Shown one piece after another: positions 38,781-49,537 of a stretch of DNA of 64,000 bases. The DNA lies in contig CAVWCF010000001.1 in NCBI GenBank assembly GCA_963753435.1, forward strand, positions 896,001 through 960,000, in the 5' to 3' direction. The stretch is from an uncultured Actinomycetota bacterium (lineage in GTDB: Bacteria; Actinomycetota; Actinomycetes; CAVWCF01). Position 1 is the first letter of the stretch. Every line of letters begins with the position of its first letter. The notes beneath the pieces were generated by a model. The model was not told the DNA's origin. It was given only the letters and a program-made list of their open reading frames with translations, and did not search any database. A program made the position numbers and the translations under genes.

Positions 38781-39137
38781 TCAGTCGGATCTTGGTGGGA
38801 CCACGCGAAGGTGTCCGCGCCGCCCCGTCGCCGGTGCGAGGGTTGCGGTCTCGGCTTCCTCAGCGGCACCGCCGGCCTCCCGGACGGCGTCGGCCAGCGC
38901 GAGCAGGTCATCGGTGCTGGGCAGCAACGAGTCCGGGTCGGGGGCCTGTCGCAGCACCTCCCACCCGCGTGGGGCGGTGAGGCGGTCCGAATGCTCCGCG
39001 CACAGGTCATAGCAGTGCGGTTCGGCATAAACCGCCAGCGGACCCAGCACGGCGGTCGAGTCGGCGTAGACGTACGTGAGCGTCGCAACCGCTGAACCAC
39101 GGCAACCCGGTCGCGAACAGCGACGCGCAGAACTCAC
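38781..39137 (-). CDS. DUF3499 family protein
   Basis: RRCSRPGC...ATLTYVYADSTAVLGPLA..AEPHCYDLCAEH...PRGW. TACGGT 6 nt before GTG 39137. Confidence 0.92.
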   Translation of the reverse strand: MSSARRCSRPGCRGSAVATLTYVYADSTAVLGPLAVYAEPHCYDLCAEHSDRLTAPRGWEVLRQAPDPDSLLPSTDDLLALADAVREAGGAAEEAETATLAPATGRRGHLRVVPPRSD

Positions 39138-39203
39138 GGGCGAACCGTATTCCGCATCCGCCATCAAGCCGGATCGCCACGCCGGGCGACTTAGTGTGTG
39201 AGC

Positions 39204-39614
39204 GTGATCCGGTGGCTGCGACCCCGCCCGGTGGTGCGTCGCCGCGACCGGCGCGGGCGTGGCCTGCGCGGGCCGCTGGCGCCGCCCCAGGTTCCGATCG
39301 CGGCGACTCGGGCCGAGGGGTTCGACGACCTGGTCGGGGACGCGATCGTCGTCGCTAGACAACGGTTGGCGGCAGCCGGAGTGGACCGGCCCCTGCAATC
39401 GGTGCGAATCCGGGTCGACGAGGTACCGCCGGAGGGCACTGGCCTGGCCGCGGCACGGTCCGGCAACCCGGCAGAACTGACCGTCTTCCGGCGCCCGATA
39501 GAGGCCCGGTCCGCGCCTGGGCGCGATCGGGCTCGGCTGGTGCGCGAGGTGGTGCTTGAGCAGGCCGCGACCCTTTACGGCCTGCCGCCGGACGCACTGA
39601 CGGACGGTGATTGA
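39204..39614 (+). CDS. Zincin-like (Zincin_1) protein lacking HEXXH
   Basis: RRRDRRGRGLRGPL, FDDLV, VFRRPIEAR, VVLEQAA. TAGTGT 6 nt before GTG 39204. Confidence 0.85.
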   Translation: MIRWLRPRPVVRRRDRRGRGLRGPLAPPQVPIAATRAEGFDDLVGDAIVVARQRLAAAGVDRPLQSVRIRVDEVPPEGTGLAAARSGNPAELTVFRRPIEARSAPGRDRARLVREVVLEQAATLYGLPPDALTDGD

Positions 39615-39689
39615 CCAGCAACGACTGACCAGAGGCGACCGGCTACCGGCTGGAGCTGCGCCGACTCGGACTCGCCGCGACCGGATCGG

Positions 39690-41141
39690 CTAGCGCCCAG
39701 ACCGCCCAGCGGCCGGGTCGGCCGGTGCCGCGGGCAGCGTTACCGAGTCGGGTCTGCTCGTAAGCGGAACGGCCGCCACAAACACGGAGTCGTTGACCGC
39801 GACCGACGAGAGCCGCGCCACGTGGACCGGTTCGGGCCCAGCGGTGACCAGGATCGAGTAGGCGCCGGCCGGTGGCGCAACGCTCAACGTGGCCGCGCTT
39901 CGGGTGGCCACCTTCAACTGCGACGTCGTGCGCCGCCCCTCAGCGTCCACAACCGTGACTTCGACAGTTGTCGCGTCCCCGGGTGCGATCACCGACAACC
40001 GGGCGGCCACGTCGGGCGTGTTCGTCGGGGCCGCGGCTTCGCCGACCAGCGCCGGGGTTGCGGTTGCGTAGGCGAAGTCCTGCGGCGTGCCACCGGCACG
40101 CAACCGCACACCCGCGAGCACTGGCTCATCGGCCGTAACCAGGAGCCCGACGTCGGCCCGCCCCACCAACTCGGTCAGCGAGGCCGCGACCAGCCCACCG
40201 GCCGGGACCTCTACCGCCTCAAGTCCTACTGGGATGAATGCGCCGTCGGCGGCGACAACTTCGACCTGGACACTCGCGGTTCGCTCGCCCGGCGCGGCGA
40301 GCAGCAGCTCCGACTCGCCGTCCGGCAAAGCGAACACGCCTGGCACTACCAAGGTGGTGGCCGGCACCGCCGCTGGCGGGACCCAGTCGATCCCCTGCGG
40401 CTCAGCGCCGCGGATCGACAGGTCGAACAGACCGGCCGAAACCCGACCGCTGCGAGCGGTGACATGCAGAGCGAGCGCCGGTTGCCCCGGGGCCAGTTGG
40501 TCCATCCGCACGCTGGCGCGCCCGCCCCCGGGTACCGGCACACCCTGACCTGCCACCGGCTCGGCCAGCCCCGCGGGCGTGAACAGTCGGATGTCGACCG
40601 CCGCAGCGGTCGGGTCCGGGTTGACCAGTTCCAGCACTGTGCGCCGCCCCACGTCGGAACCGCCACCCACGAACCAGAACTCCGTGCTCGCCGCGGGACA
40701 GACCAACTCCGCCAAGCCGACCGCGTCACCAGCACCGGATCGCGAAACCTGCGTCACGGTCAAGCCGGCAGCTCCACCTTCGGTCCCAAGGACGCCGGTC
40801 ACCTGCGACTGCGGCACCCAGGCCCGCAACGGCCGATCGGCGTCGGAGCTGGCGGTGGCAGTGAATCCGGCGCCGGACTCGGTGGCCGGCTCCTCGGTCC
40901 CGGGCGCTAGCGCGCCCAGGGAGATCGTTCCGGGGGTCGTTCCGGTCGTCGCCAGGGCCCCGACACCGGACTGGCCGGGGCCGGGGGCGCAGTAGGCGCT
41001 GGCCGCTGCCAGCGGCTCGGTGACGGGCTGGGCCGTCGGCGTGACCGCCGGCACCGTCGCCGCGGCCATGACGAGCAGCAGGAGACCGCCGGCAACCGCG
41101 CTTACGCGCACCAACGGATCGCGGCTGGCGGGGGCGGTCAT
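39690..41141 (-). CDS. DUF5719-like exported protein
   Basis: N-terminal hydrophobic segment, C..ASTEFWFVGG, LELVNP, GIDW. ATGA-coupled to the GT2 gene. Confidence 0.82.
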   Translation of the reverse strand: MTAPASRDPLVRVSAVAGGLLLLVMAAATVPAVTPTAQPVTEPLAAASAYCAPGPGQSGVGALATTGTTPGTISLGALAPGTEEPATESGAGFTATASSDADRPLRAWVPQSQVTGVLGTEGGAAGLTVTQVSRSGAGDAVGLAELVCPAASTEFWFVGGGSDVGRRTVLELVNPDPTAAAVDIRLFTPAGLAEPVAGQGVPVPGGGRASVRMDQLAPGQPALALHVTARSGRVSAGLFDLSIRGAEPQGIDWVPPAAVPATTLVVPGVFALPDGESELLLAAPGERTASVQVEVVAADGAFIPVGLEAVEVPAGGLVAASLTELVGRADVGLLVTADEPVLAGVRLRAGGTPQDFAYATATPALVGEAAAPTNTPDVAARLSVIAPGDATTVEVTVVDAEGRRTTSQLKVATRSAATLSVAPPAGAYSILVTAGPEPVHVARLSSVAVNDSVFVAAVPLTSRPDSVTLPAAPADPAAGRSGR

Positions 41142-44100
41142 GCGACTGCCCCTTGGGCCAGCGCCGGGTCGGCCTCGTCGGCAACCGCGTCGGCGTCAGG
41201 GTCGGGCCGCCGGCCTGGCAGCGCGGTCAGGACTACGCCGGCCAGAACCAAAGCCTGTGCGAGCAGCCACCAGCCGCGATTGTCGGAGTAGTCCACGCGC
41301 AGCGAACCGCCTTCCGCAGGCAACTGGAACGACTGCGCCCAGCCGGCTTCAGCCCGGGCCAGCGGCTCCCCGCTGAGGGTGGCAGACCAGCCGCCAGCTG
41401 CCGCTTCGGCGATTTCCACGCGTCGTTCAGCCGTGCCCGGCGGAACGACGATCGGACCGGCAACGGGGTCACCCACGAGCTGAATCCGAGTGCCATCGGC
41501 AGCGACCACCGTGGCCACCGAGGGCTCCCCATCGAGCCGCCAAACCGCGACTCCGGTGGCGCCGCTGACCCGCGACAGCCCCGCCGTCTGGGCGAGGCGC
41601 TGCTCGGCCCACGTGGCCACCGGCGCGGCCAGCTGCACGTAGCGGATGCCATGCGCGCGTAGCCGCTCCGCCTCGCCACCGCGAGGCTGACCGCCGAGCA
41701 GGTCGGCCACCAACCCGGCGAGGTCGGCGGTGGCCGCCTCGGCTACCGGTGTGCTGCGCTCAGCGTCGGAAAGGCGCGCACCGCTGCCCCGCAACAAGGC
41801 CCAAGGCGCGGAAGTGCTGGTTCCGCTGGCGGCGTCCGCCGCGATGAGAAGCGTTCGGGCGCCCGCAGTCTCGGCGGCGTCGGCGGCAACGAAAGCCGGG
41901 ACGCTTTCGGCCGGTCCCCGCTGCAACGGGTCGGCAGCGCCGATCCAGATCCAGGCGGTCGCTGCCACCAGCGGGGCAATCAGCCCCAGACCCAGAACCG
42001 CCGCAGCGACAGGTTGACGCCAACCGAAGCCGACCTCACGCAGACGTCGCTCGGCACCTTCCGCGCCAAGCGCCGTGGCCACGATCAGCCCGGCCCCGGC
42101 AACCACCAGACCGGGACCGGCCCACCCCAGCACCGCCGCCCCGACCGTCGGCGGCTGCACGGTGACCACTGAGGCCAGCAGCGCCGCGGCCAGGCCGACG
42201 AGGGCAACAGCCCACGCCCAGGCGATCACGACGGCGTGCCGCCAACGGAGCAGTGCGACCAGCGCACCGAGGACAAGAACCGCACCTACGGGCACGGGTG
42301 TGGACCCCGGCCCGCCCGGGTCCAGCAGCAGCACGCGCCACGCGGGGGTCGCCGGCGACAGCGTCGCGGCGGGTGCGCCCAAGTCGAGGAGCGCCCATTC
42401 TGGGTGCCGCAGCAGCCAAAGCGACCACGGCACCAGCGCCACCACCGGGACAGCTGCCAACGACGCCCGCTTTGCCCAAGCGTCGCGATCTCTGCGACCG
42501 GAGAGTCCCCCTGCCAACAGCAGGAGCACGGCGATCGGCCACACGACCGGCACGAATGCGACGACAACCGAAAGCAGGAGTCCGGCGGCCGCTACCCGGC
42601 GCCAGGTCCCGCCGTCGCGCACAACCGGAAGGGCCGCCGCCGCCAACGGGGGCAGCAACACCAGCAGGACCAGGGTGCCGATGCGCCCAGAAGCCTGGGC
42701 TCCGGTCGCGGCCGGCAGCAGCGCATAGGCAGCCGCCCCCCAGACCCGACCGATGCGGCCGACCCCGAACCTGCCCAGGGCGAAGTACGCGGTTAGCGCC
42801 GCCAGGGGGATCGACAACAAGACCAGCAGGTCGACTGTGACCGCCACCGACCCAAGAGCCAGTCCGGAGGCCGCTGCCAGCACGGCGTAGGCGGGCGGCG
42901 CCGGCAGCGCGGATCCGTCCGCCACCGGATGCCAGGCCTCCAGATACCCGCGCCACAGGTCAGCGGCCCCGGCCGTGGCGGGCAACAGCGCCCCACCGGA
43001 CAGCCAGCCGCCGCCAATCAGTCCCCGCCCCGCCAGGAGCGCGGCGACGACGCCGACGACTGCGATCAGCCACCCCGGCCGTGAAGTCGCACGGCGAAGC
43101 CGCGAATCAGGCTCATCGGAGTCCACGTCTGCCTGCAGCGCTCGTTCGGCGAGCGCGCCCGAGGCCGCGTCCCAAGCGTGCCGAAGCCCGACTCCTGGCG
43201 GCGGCTTCAGATGCCGCAGATCTCGTTCGGACGTCGTGCGCAACTGCCGAGCCGCTGCGCGCGCCCTCCAGACTGATCCGATTTGCCGGTAGAAGCCGAC
43301 CACGGCCCGGAACTCCTCGGCGGCCACACCGGGCTCCTTGGCCACGAGATATCCGATGACCCGGAGCAGGGAGGCGACCAGGATGCCGACCAACTGCAGC
43401 GGGAATTGCCACGCAGGTGCGCGCACCGCGGCGGCGTACAAGGCGGAGCGGCGTTGTGCGGTGTGCCGGGAGGCGTCGGCGTGCCGCCCGGTCGCGGCCG
43501 CATCCGGTCGACGACGGCCATGCGCCATCGCCTCGGCGTGAAACACCACTGCGCTGGGCACCACCGCGACCCGCGCCCCGGCGAGGTTTGCCCGCCAGCC
43601 CAGGTCCAGGTCCTCCCCGAACAGGCGCAGCTGGGGGTCAAATCCCCCGAGCCGGTCCCAGACCTCGCGGCGGATCAGCAGGCCCGGCGAGCCGACGGCG
43701 AGCACGTCCCGCTGCGCATCGTGTTGGCCCTGGTCCTGCTCATGCCGCTCCAGACCGGTTTCGCGGCGCCCCAGCCAGGTTGCCGTCAGACCCACCTCGA
43801 GCAGCCAGTGTCGGTCGTGCCAGGCGATGACTTTGGGGCCGGCCACTGCGATGGAAGGAGCGTCGGCGATGGCAACCAGCAGTTGCTTCAGGGCATCCGG
43901 GGCGGGTGCGCAGTCGTCGTGGAGGACCCAGATGAACTGGTCGTCGTGGTCGACCGGATCCCGGTCGGCGTGGGACAAGCCCGCCGCAATCGCTTCGCCG
44001 AACCCGGTCCCCCGATCCAAGGTGACCACGGACTCCGCTCCCAGGGCGGCGGCCAGGAGCTCGCCGGTGGAATCGGCGGAACCGGTGTCCACGGCGATTA

Positions 44101-44254
44101 CCCGATCCGGGGGGCGGGTCTGTCGCCGTAGGAAGTCCAAGGCCAGCGGGAGCCAGCGCGCACCGTCGTGAGCCACGATGACGGCGGTGACATCCGCCGC
44201 CAGCGGTTCGGCAGGGGCGACGTCGTCGTCGACGGTGAGTAGAAAGTCAGCCAT
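41138..44254 (-). CDS. Large GT2 glycosyltransferase fused to a polytopic membrane domain
   Basis: VIVAHDGARWL, AVDTGS, WVLHDD, GPK, GGFD..L.LFGEDLDLGWR, followed by more than 12 hydrophobic segments. Confidence 0.9.
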   Translation of the reverse strand: MADFLLTVDDDVAPAEPLAADVTAVIVAHDGARWLPLALDFLRRQTRPPDRVIAVDTGSADSTGELLAAALGAESVVTLDRGTGFGEAIAAGLSHADRDPVDHDDQFIWVLHDDCAPAPDALKQLLVAIADAPSIAVAGPKVIAWHDRHWLLEVGLTATWLGRRETGLERHEQDQGQHDAQRDVLAVGSPGLLIRREVWDRLGGFDPQLRLFGEDLDLGWRANLAGARVAVVPSAVVFHAEAMAHGRRRPDAAATGRHADASRHTAQRRSALYAAAVRAPAWQFPLQLVGILVASLLRVIGYLVAKEPGVAAEEFRAVVGFYRQIGSVWRARAAARQLRTTSERDLRHLKPPPGVGLRHAWDAASGALAERALQADVDSDEPDSRLRRATSRPGWLIAVVGVVAALLAGRGLIGGGWLSGGALLPATAGAADLWRGYLEAWHPVADGSALPAPPAYAVLAAASGLALGSVAVTVDLLVLLSIPLAALTAYFALGRFGVGRIGRVWGAAAYALLPAATGAQASGRIGTLVLLVLLPPLAAAALPVVRDGGTWRRVAAAGLLLSVVVAFVPVVWPIAVLLLLAGGLSGRRDRDAWAKRASLAAVPVVALVPWSLWLLRHPEWALLDLGAPAATLSPATPAWRVLLLDPGGPGSTPVPVGAVLVLGALVALLRWRHAVVIAWAWAVALVGLAAALLASVVTVQPPTVGAAVLGWAGPGLVVAGAGLIVATALGAEGAERRLREVGFGWRQPVAAAVLGLGLIAPLVAATAWIWIGAADPLQRGPAESVPAFVAADAAETAGARTLLIAADAASGTSTSAPWALLRGSGARLSDAERSTPVAEAATADLAGLVADLLGGQPRGGEAERLRAHGIRYVQLAAPVATWAEQRLAQTAGLSRVSGATGVAVWRLDGEPSVATVVAADGTRIQLVGDPVAGPIVVPPGTAERRVEIAEAAAGGWSATLSGEPLARAEAGWAQSFQLPAEGGSLRVDYSDNRGWWLLAQALVLAGVVLTALPGRRPDPDADAVADEADPALAQGAVA

Positions 44255-44346
44255 GGGCGCGTTGGGGCCGGGCCCCGGGCCCACACCCTATGCGAGGGTT
44301 GGCGACGTCCAGGACGTCAAAGTGCGGCAGATGCGCCAGTCGGCGG

Positions 44347-44607
44347 TCAGACCGCAGCCGCGCGCTTGAGGCGACGGCGCTCACGCTCGGACAACCCGCC
44401 CCAGATCCCGAACCGTTCGTCGTTGGCGAGTGCGTACTCCAAACACTCCGCCTGGACTTCGCATCCGGAGCACACCCGCTTCGCCTCCCGGGTGGATCCC
44501 CCCTTCTCCGGGAAGAAGGACTCCGGGTCGGTCTGTGCGCACAGGGCGCGGTCCTGCCAATCGACCTGGTCTTCTCCTCCGCGAACGAGTGGGAACACCG
44601 TGCTCAT
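44347..44607 (-). CDS. whiB2: WhiB/WhiB2 Fe-S transcription factor
   Basis: WQDRALCAQTDPESFFPEKGGSTREAKRVC..C.V..ECL.YAL..DERFGIWGGLSERERR. Confidence 0.97.
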   Translation of the reverse strand: MSTVFPLVRGGEDQVDWQDRALCAQTDPESFFPEKGGSTREAKRVCSGCEVQAECLEYALANDERFGIWGGLSERERRRLKRAAAV

Positions 44608-44655
44608 CGCGATTCCTCTCGACCCAGCCACCATGGGACGGCGGCGTTAGGGGGT

Positions 44656-44685
44656 ATTACATGCTTGTCATTCACGTGCGGTCAA
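44656..44685 (-). promoter_or_regulatory. Putative whiB2 promoter
   Basis: TTGACC-N18-TGTAAT on the minus strand, in a locally AT-rich stretch. Confidence 0.55.
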
Positions 44686-44791
44686 GAGGAAGAGCCAATC
44701 TGCGGTGGACTAACGACCCGAAAACGCCTGAATCATGCCTAATCCGGTCAAATCATCTGATCGACGGCGCCGGCCCGCCAGATGAGCCGGA

Positions 44792-47290
44792 TCAGTTCGC
44801 CAGACCGGAGAGCACGTCGCCGTAGCAAGTGGTCCGCTGCCGCGGCCGGCGACCGATTGAGTCGATCAGCGCCGTCAACTGTTGCGGCGTGCGCGCCGAG
44901 CCGTGCCCGGACCCAGCCATCCGGGAGATCGTCTCCTCCATCAGGGTGCCGCCAAGGTCGTTGACGCCACCCGTCAGGACCGCCCGGCAGCCCTCGTCGC
45001 CCAACTTCACCCAGGAGCACTGGATGTTGTTGATGCGGCCGTGCAGCAGCAGTCGGGCCACTGCGTGCACGGCCCGGTTGTCGCGCATGGTGGGTCCGGG
45101 TCGGGCCACGCCCGCCAGGTAGAGCGGTGCGGACTGATGCACGAACGGCAGGGGTACGAACTCGGTGAAACCGCCGGTCTCGTCCTGGGTCGCGGCCAGG
45201 GTCCGCAGGTGAGCCACCCAATGGACCGGTGAGTCCACGTGCCCGTACATCATCGTTGAACTGCTGGGCAGGCCAACCTCGTGGGCGGTGCGGATGACGT
45301 CCAGCCAGTCAGCGGCCGGCAGCTTGCCCTTGGTCAGGATCCAGCGAACGTCGTCGTCCAGGATCTCCGCCGCCGTACCCGGGATGGAGTCGACCCCGGC
45401 CGCCTTCGCCTCCAGCAGCCACTCCCGCACGCTGATTCCGAGCCTGGTTGCGCCGTTGGCGACCTCCATCGGGCTGAAGGCGTGCAGATGAATATCCGGC
45501 GCGGCTTGCTTCACTGCGCGGGCCAATTCGAAATAGGCCGAGCCGGGGAGATCCGGGTGGATGCCGCCCTGCATGCAGATCTCCGTGGCACCGACATCGG
45601 CCGCCTCGCGCACCCGCTGCCGGACCTGATCCAGCGACAACGTGAACGCGTCCGGATCGTTGCGGCGCTGCGCGAACGCGCAGAAACGACAGCCGGTGTA
45701 GCAGACGTTGGTGAAGTTGATGTTCCGGTTGAGGACGAACGTGACGTCCTCGCCGACGGAATCCGCCCGCACCTGGTCTGCCAGCCGCGTCAACTCCGCC
45801 AACTGCGCGCCGTCGCAGGTCAGCAGGTCCAGGTACTCCGCGTCGCTGAGCCCGGCGGGATCGATAGCCGCGTGCCGCAGCGCCGCTGCGAAATCCCCCG
45901 ACACAGCCGCGGGCACGCTCGCCGGAACCGCCGCGGCCACGCTGGCCCAGTCGCCGAACACGTCGCCGACGTCGGAACGCGACTCAGCCCGACGACCGGC
46001 GCGGTCGATGTCCACGTTCAGATCCACCCGGCCGGCCGCCCCGGTCGGGTAGCCACCATCGGGCTCCTGCCAGGGCCGGCCCACGGGCAACCGGGTGCCC
46101 GCCAGCCCGGACGGATCGGCCAGGGCCGCCACGTGACCAGCCACCCGCGGGTCGATCCAAGGCTCCCCGGCGAGCACGTACTCCGGGTGCACCGTCAGTC
46201 GTTCGACCAGTTGCATGCCCTGCCCGGCCACCGTCTGGGCGAGTTCGTCCAACTGCGGCCACGGCCGCTCCGGGTTGACGTGGTCCGGGGTGATCGGCGA
46301 GATCCCCCCAAGGTCGTCCACCCCTGCGGCCAGCAGTCGGGGCACGTCCGCGCCCTCCACGAGATTCGGCGGGGCCTGCAGTCGCAGACCCGGGCCAAGC
46401 AGCAGCCGGGCCACGGCCAGGGTGGCCAGGTACTCCTCGACGGCCAGGTCCGGCTCGGCCCGCATCGCGGTATCGGCCTTGGCCCGGAAGTTCTGCACGA
46501 GGACTTCCTGGATGCCGCCGTACTCGCGAGCGACCTTTCGCAGGGTCAAGATCCCGTCGACCCGTTCGGCGGCAGTCTCGCCGATCCCCACCAGCAATCC
46601 GGTGGTGAAGGGGATCGCCAACCGCCCGGCGTCCTGCAAGACGCGTAGCCGGACCGCAGGTTCCTTGTCGGGCGACCCGTAGTGCGGTCCGCCTGGTTGC
46701 GACCACAGCCGGGTCGCGGTCGTCTCCAACATCATCCCCATCGACGGGGCCACCGGCTTGAGTTGGGCAAGTTCCCGCCACGACATGACACCGGGGTTCA
46801 GGTGCGGCAGCAGGCCGGTCTCCTCCAGCACCAGGACCGCCATGGCCCGCACATAGGCGAGCGTGCTGTCGTAGCCGCGGGCGTCCAACCACTCGGCCGC
46901 TTGCGGCCAACGCTCCTCCGGCCGGTCCCCCAGCGTGAAGAGCGCCTCCTTGCAGCCGACCGCAGCGGCCTTGGCCGCGATTTCCAGTACCTCCTCCGGC
47001 GCCAGGAACGGTGCGGGCACTTGTCCGGGGACGGTGGCGAACGTGCAGTAGTGGCAGCGGTCCCGACATAGCCGGGTAAGCGGGATGAACGCCTTGCGCG
47101 AGTACGTGACCATCCCGGGGCGCCCGGCGGACACCAGGCCGGCGTCCCGCACCGCGGCGGCGGCACCCATCAACTCCACCAGCGCTTCGCCGCGGGCCGC
47201 GAGCAGGTGCGTCGACTCTTCGGCGTCGAGAGTCTGCGCACGCTCCACGCGCCGCATCGCGCGCAGCAGCAGGCGCTCCGCCTGGGACAT
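44792..47290 (-). CDS. fbiC: Bifunctional FO synthase (CofG-CofH)
   Basis: Two radical-SAM motifs, CRDRCHYC and [32 protein letters not shown]. Confidence 0.97.
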   Translation of the reverse strand: MSQAERLLLRAMRRVERAQTLDAEESTHLLAARGEALVELMGAAAAVRDAGLVSAGRPGMVTYSRKAFIPLTRLCRDRCHYCTFATVPGQVPAPFLAPEEVLEIAAKAAAVGCKEALFTLGDRPEERWPQAAEWLDARGYDSTLAYVRAMAVLVLEETGLLPHLNPGVMSWRELAQLKPVAPSMGMMLETTATRLWSQPGGPHYGSPDKEPAVRLRVLQDAGRLAIPFTTGLLVGIGETAAERVDGILTLRKVAREYGGIQEVLVQNFRAKADTAMRAEPDLAVEEYLATLAVARLLLGPGLRLQAPPNLVEGADVPRLLAAGVDDLGGISPITPDHVNPERPWPQLDELAQTVAGQGMQLVERLTVHPEYVLAGEPWIDPRVAGHVAALADPSGLAGTRLPVGRPWQEPDGGYPTGAAGRVDLNVDIDRAGRRAESRSDVGDVFGDWASVAAAVPASVPAAVSGDFAAALRHAAIDPAGLSDAEYLDLLTCDGAQLAELTRLADQVRADSVGEDVTFVLNRNINFTNVCYTGCRFCAFAQRRNDPDAFTLSLDQVRQRVREAADVGATEICMQGGIHPDLPGSAYFELARAVKQAAPDIHLHAFSPMEVANGATRLGISVREWLLEAKAAGVDSIPGTAAEILDDDVRWILTKGKLPAADWLDVIRTAHEVGLPSSSTMMYGHVDSPVHWVAHLRTLAATQDETGGFTEFVPLPFVHQSAPLYLAGVARPGPTMRDNRAVHAVARLLLHGRINNIQCSWVKLGDEGCRAVLTGGVNDLGGTLMEETISRMAGSGHGSARTPQQLTALIDSIGRRPRQRTTCYGDVLSGLAN

Positions 47291-47329
47291 GACCGAACCC
47301 TACGGGCGGGGTGCAGGCAGACTGACCGC

Positions 47330-48268
47330 GTGCGTATCACCGTGCTGGCCGGCGGGATCGGCGGAGCCCGCTTTGTCCGCGGTCTGCGGCGGGCCGAACC
47401 CGACGCCGAGATCACCGTCATCGGCAACACCGGTGACGATCTGTGGTTGCACGGTCTGCGGGTGTGTCCGGACCTCGACACGCTCATGTACACGCTCGGC
47501 GGAGGTGTTCACAATGAACAGGGCTGGGGCCGTGCCGATGAGACCTTCTCCGTAGCGTCCGAACTTCAGGCCTACGAGGTCGAGGGCACGTGGTTCTCCC
47601 TCGGGGATCGGGACATTGCCACCCACCTGGTCCGCTCCCAGATGTTGCGGGCGGGGTACCCGCTTTCCGACGTGACCGCTGCCCTCTGCCGCCGCTGGCA
47701 GCCCGGCGTAACGCTGTTGCCCATGTCCGACGACCGGGTGGAGACCCACGTCGTGCTCGACGACGGCGGGGAACGCCGCGCCGTGCACTTTCAGGAGTGG
47801 TGGGTGCGCCTCCGCGCCGAGGTACCGGCGGCCGAATTCGCTTTCGTCGGCATTGAGGATGCCGCGCCGGCGCCCGGCGTCCTTGGCGCGTTGGCGCAAG
47901 CGGACGCGATCCTGCTGGCCCCCAGCAACCCGGTCGTCAGCCTGGGGCCGATCCTGGCCGTGCCCGGGCTGCGCGCCGCTCTCACCGACGCACCAGCCGC
48001 AGTCGTCGGGGTGTCCCCGATCATCGAGGGTCGCGCAGTGCGCGGCATGGCCGAGGCCTGCTTGACGGCGACCGGCGTCGAGGTGTCCGCAGCCGGCGTC
48101 GGTTCCCTGTGGGCGGACCTGCTGTCCGGCTGGTTGGTGGCCCCGCAGGACGCCGGAACCCAGGTTGAGTCAGTAACGGTCCGCGAAGTGCCGCTACTCA
48201 TGAGCGACGAGACCGCCGCGGCGGACCTGGCCGCTGCCGCTGTCGCGCTGTCGCGGGAACTGGCGTGA
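47330..48268 (+). CDS. cofD: 2-phospho-L-lactate transferase (CofD/FbiA)
   Basis: VLAGGIGGARF, NTGDD, CPDLDTLMYTL, HFQEWWVR, PSNPVVS. Start set at GTG 47330. Confidence 0.96.
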   Translation: MRITVLAGGIGGARFVRGLRRAEPDAEITVIGNTGDDLWLHGLRVCPDLDTLMYTLGGGVHNEQGWGRADETFSVASELQAYEVEGTWFSLGDRDIATHLVRSQMLRAGYPLSDVTAALCRRWQPGVTLLPMSDDRVETHVVLDDGGERRAVHFQEWWVRLRAEVPAAEFAFVGIEDAAPAPGVLGALAQADAILLAPSNPVVSLGPILAVPGLRAALTDAPAAVVGVSPIIEGRAVRGMAEACLTATGVEVSAAGVGSLWADLLSGWLVAPQDAGTQVESVTVREVPLLMSDETAAADLAAAAVALSRELA

Positions 48269-49533
48269 GCATCCGCATAGACGCCGTCACCGGCATCGGC
48301 GAGATCCGGGACGGCGACGACCTGGCTGCCTTGCTGGCCGCGGCAATGCCGGACCTGGCGACGAACGACGTGCTGGTGGTCAGCAGCAAGGCCGTGGCCA
48401 AGGCCGAGGGTCGGGTTGTGCGCATGAACCGGGATCAGGCCGTGGCCGCCGAGACGGTTTCCGTCGTGGCCCGCCGAGCGGGCACGCGAATCGTGCGCAC
48501 GAGTCACGGGCTGGTCCTGGCCGCTGCCGGCGTGGATGAGTCGAATACGGCACCGGGCACCGTGGTCCTGCTACCGAAAGACCCCGACGCCAGCGCGATG
48601 CGGATCCGCGCCGGCATCAACGCAGCCCTCGGCGTCGACGTCGCTGTCGTCGTCTCCGATACGGCCGGCCGCCCGTGGCGGCGCGGGCAGACCGACATCG
48701 CTATCGGCTGCGCCGGGCTGGACCCGCTGCTGGATCTACGTGGCCAGACAGATCAGCACGGCCGGGTGCTGACGGTGACGTTGACCGCCGTCGCCGACGA
48801 GTTGGCGGCCGCCGCGGATCTGGCCAAGGGCAAGGCCAGCGGCTGCCCGGCTGCCCGCATCCGCGGCTGGGACGGCGGGGTTCCGGAGAGCGGCACTGCG
48901 GCCCGTGAACTCATCCGGGGCCGAGACGAAGACCTCTTCGCCTACGGGCCGCACGAGTTACTGCTGGCCCGCCGCACCGTCCGCGAGTTCGACGACCGAC
49001 CAGTGCCCGCGGCGGTTCTGGACCGGGCTCTGGCAGCAGCCGGTGTGGCACCGGCCCCGCACCACGCCCGGCCTTGGCGCTTCGTGGTCCTGAGCCGCGA
49101 GACCACCACGCGGCTGCTGGACGAGATGGCCGAGCAGTGGCGTGCGGATCTGCGTGGCGATGGCCTTGACGACGTTGCCGTTGAGCGACGGGTGTCGCGC
49201 GGCAACGTCTTGCGTGACGTCCCTGGCCTGCTCGTTCCCTGCCTGGACACCTCCGCTGCCCACGAGTACCCCGACCCCCGCAGATCGGCGGCTGAGGAAC
49301 GCATGTTCTGGCTGGCCGGCGGTGCCGCGATTCAGAACCTGCTGCTGTCACTGACCGCCGATGGCGTGGGCAGCGCCTGGGTGTCGTCGACTTTGTTCGC
49401 CCCGGCGGTCGCGCGCCGGGTGCTGCACCTTGACGGTCACCTTCAGCCAATGGGCGCAGTCGCCTACGGCTACCCGGCGCGAAGCCTCCCCACCCGGGAC
49501 GACCCCGCCGCCGATCTGCGCCTGGACCGCTGA
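48265..49533 (+). CDS. fbiB: F420-0:gamma-glutamyl ligase with C-terminal nitroreductase domain
   Basis: VVSSK..KAEG, AAGVDESN, DTAGRPWR.GQ, then RRTVREF...APAPHH.RPWRF. Confidence 0.95.
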   Translation: MSIRIDAVTGIGEIRDGDDLAALLAAAMPDLATNDVLVVSSKAVAKAEGRVVRMNRDQAVAAETVSVVARRAGTRIVRTSHGLVLAAAGVDESNTAPGTVVLLPKDPDASAMRIRAGINAALGVDVAVVVSDTAGRPWRRGQTDIAIGCAGLDPLLDLRGQTDQHGRVLTVTLTAVADELAAAADLAKGKASGCPAARIRGWDGGVPESGTAARELIRGRDEDLFAYGPHELLLARRTVREFDDRPVPAAVLDRALAAAGVAPAPHHARPWRFVVLSRETTTRLLDEMAEQWRADLRGDGLDDVAVERRVSRGNVLRDVPGLLVPCLDTSAAHEYPDPRRSAAEERMFWLAGGAAIQNLLLSLTADGVGSAWVSSTLFAPAVARRVLHLDGHLQPMGAVAYGYPARSLPTRDDPAADLRLDR

Positions 49534-49537
49534 GCGA

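Noticed and set aside
39204-39614. Zincin without HEXXH as a pseudogene
   Set aside because: The ORF is intact, and the EQ variant is, from memory, typical of this DUF3499-adjacent subfamily.
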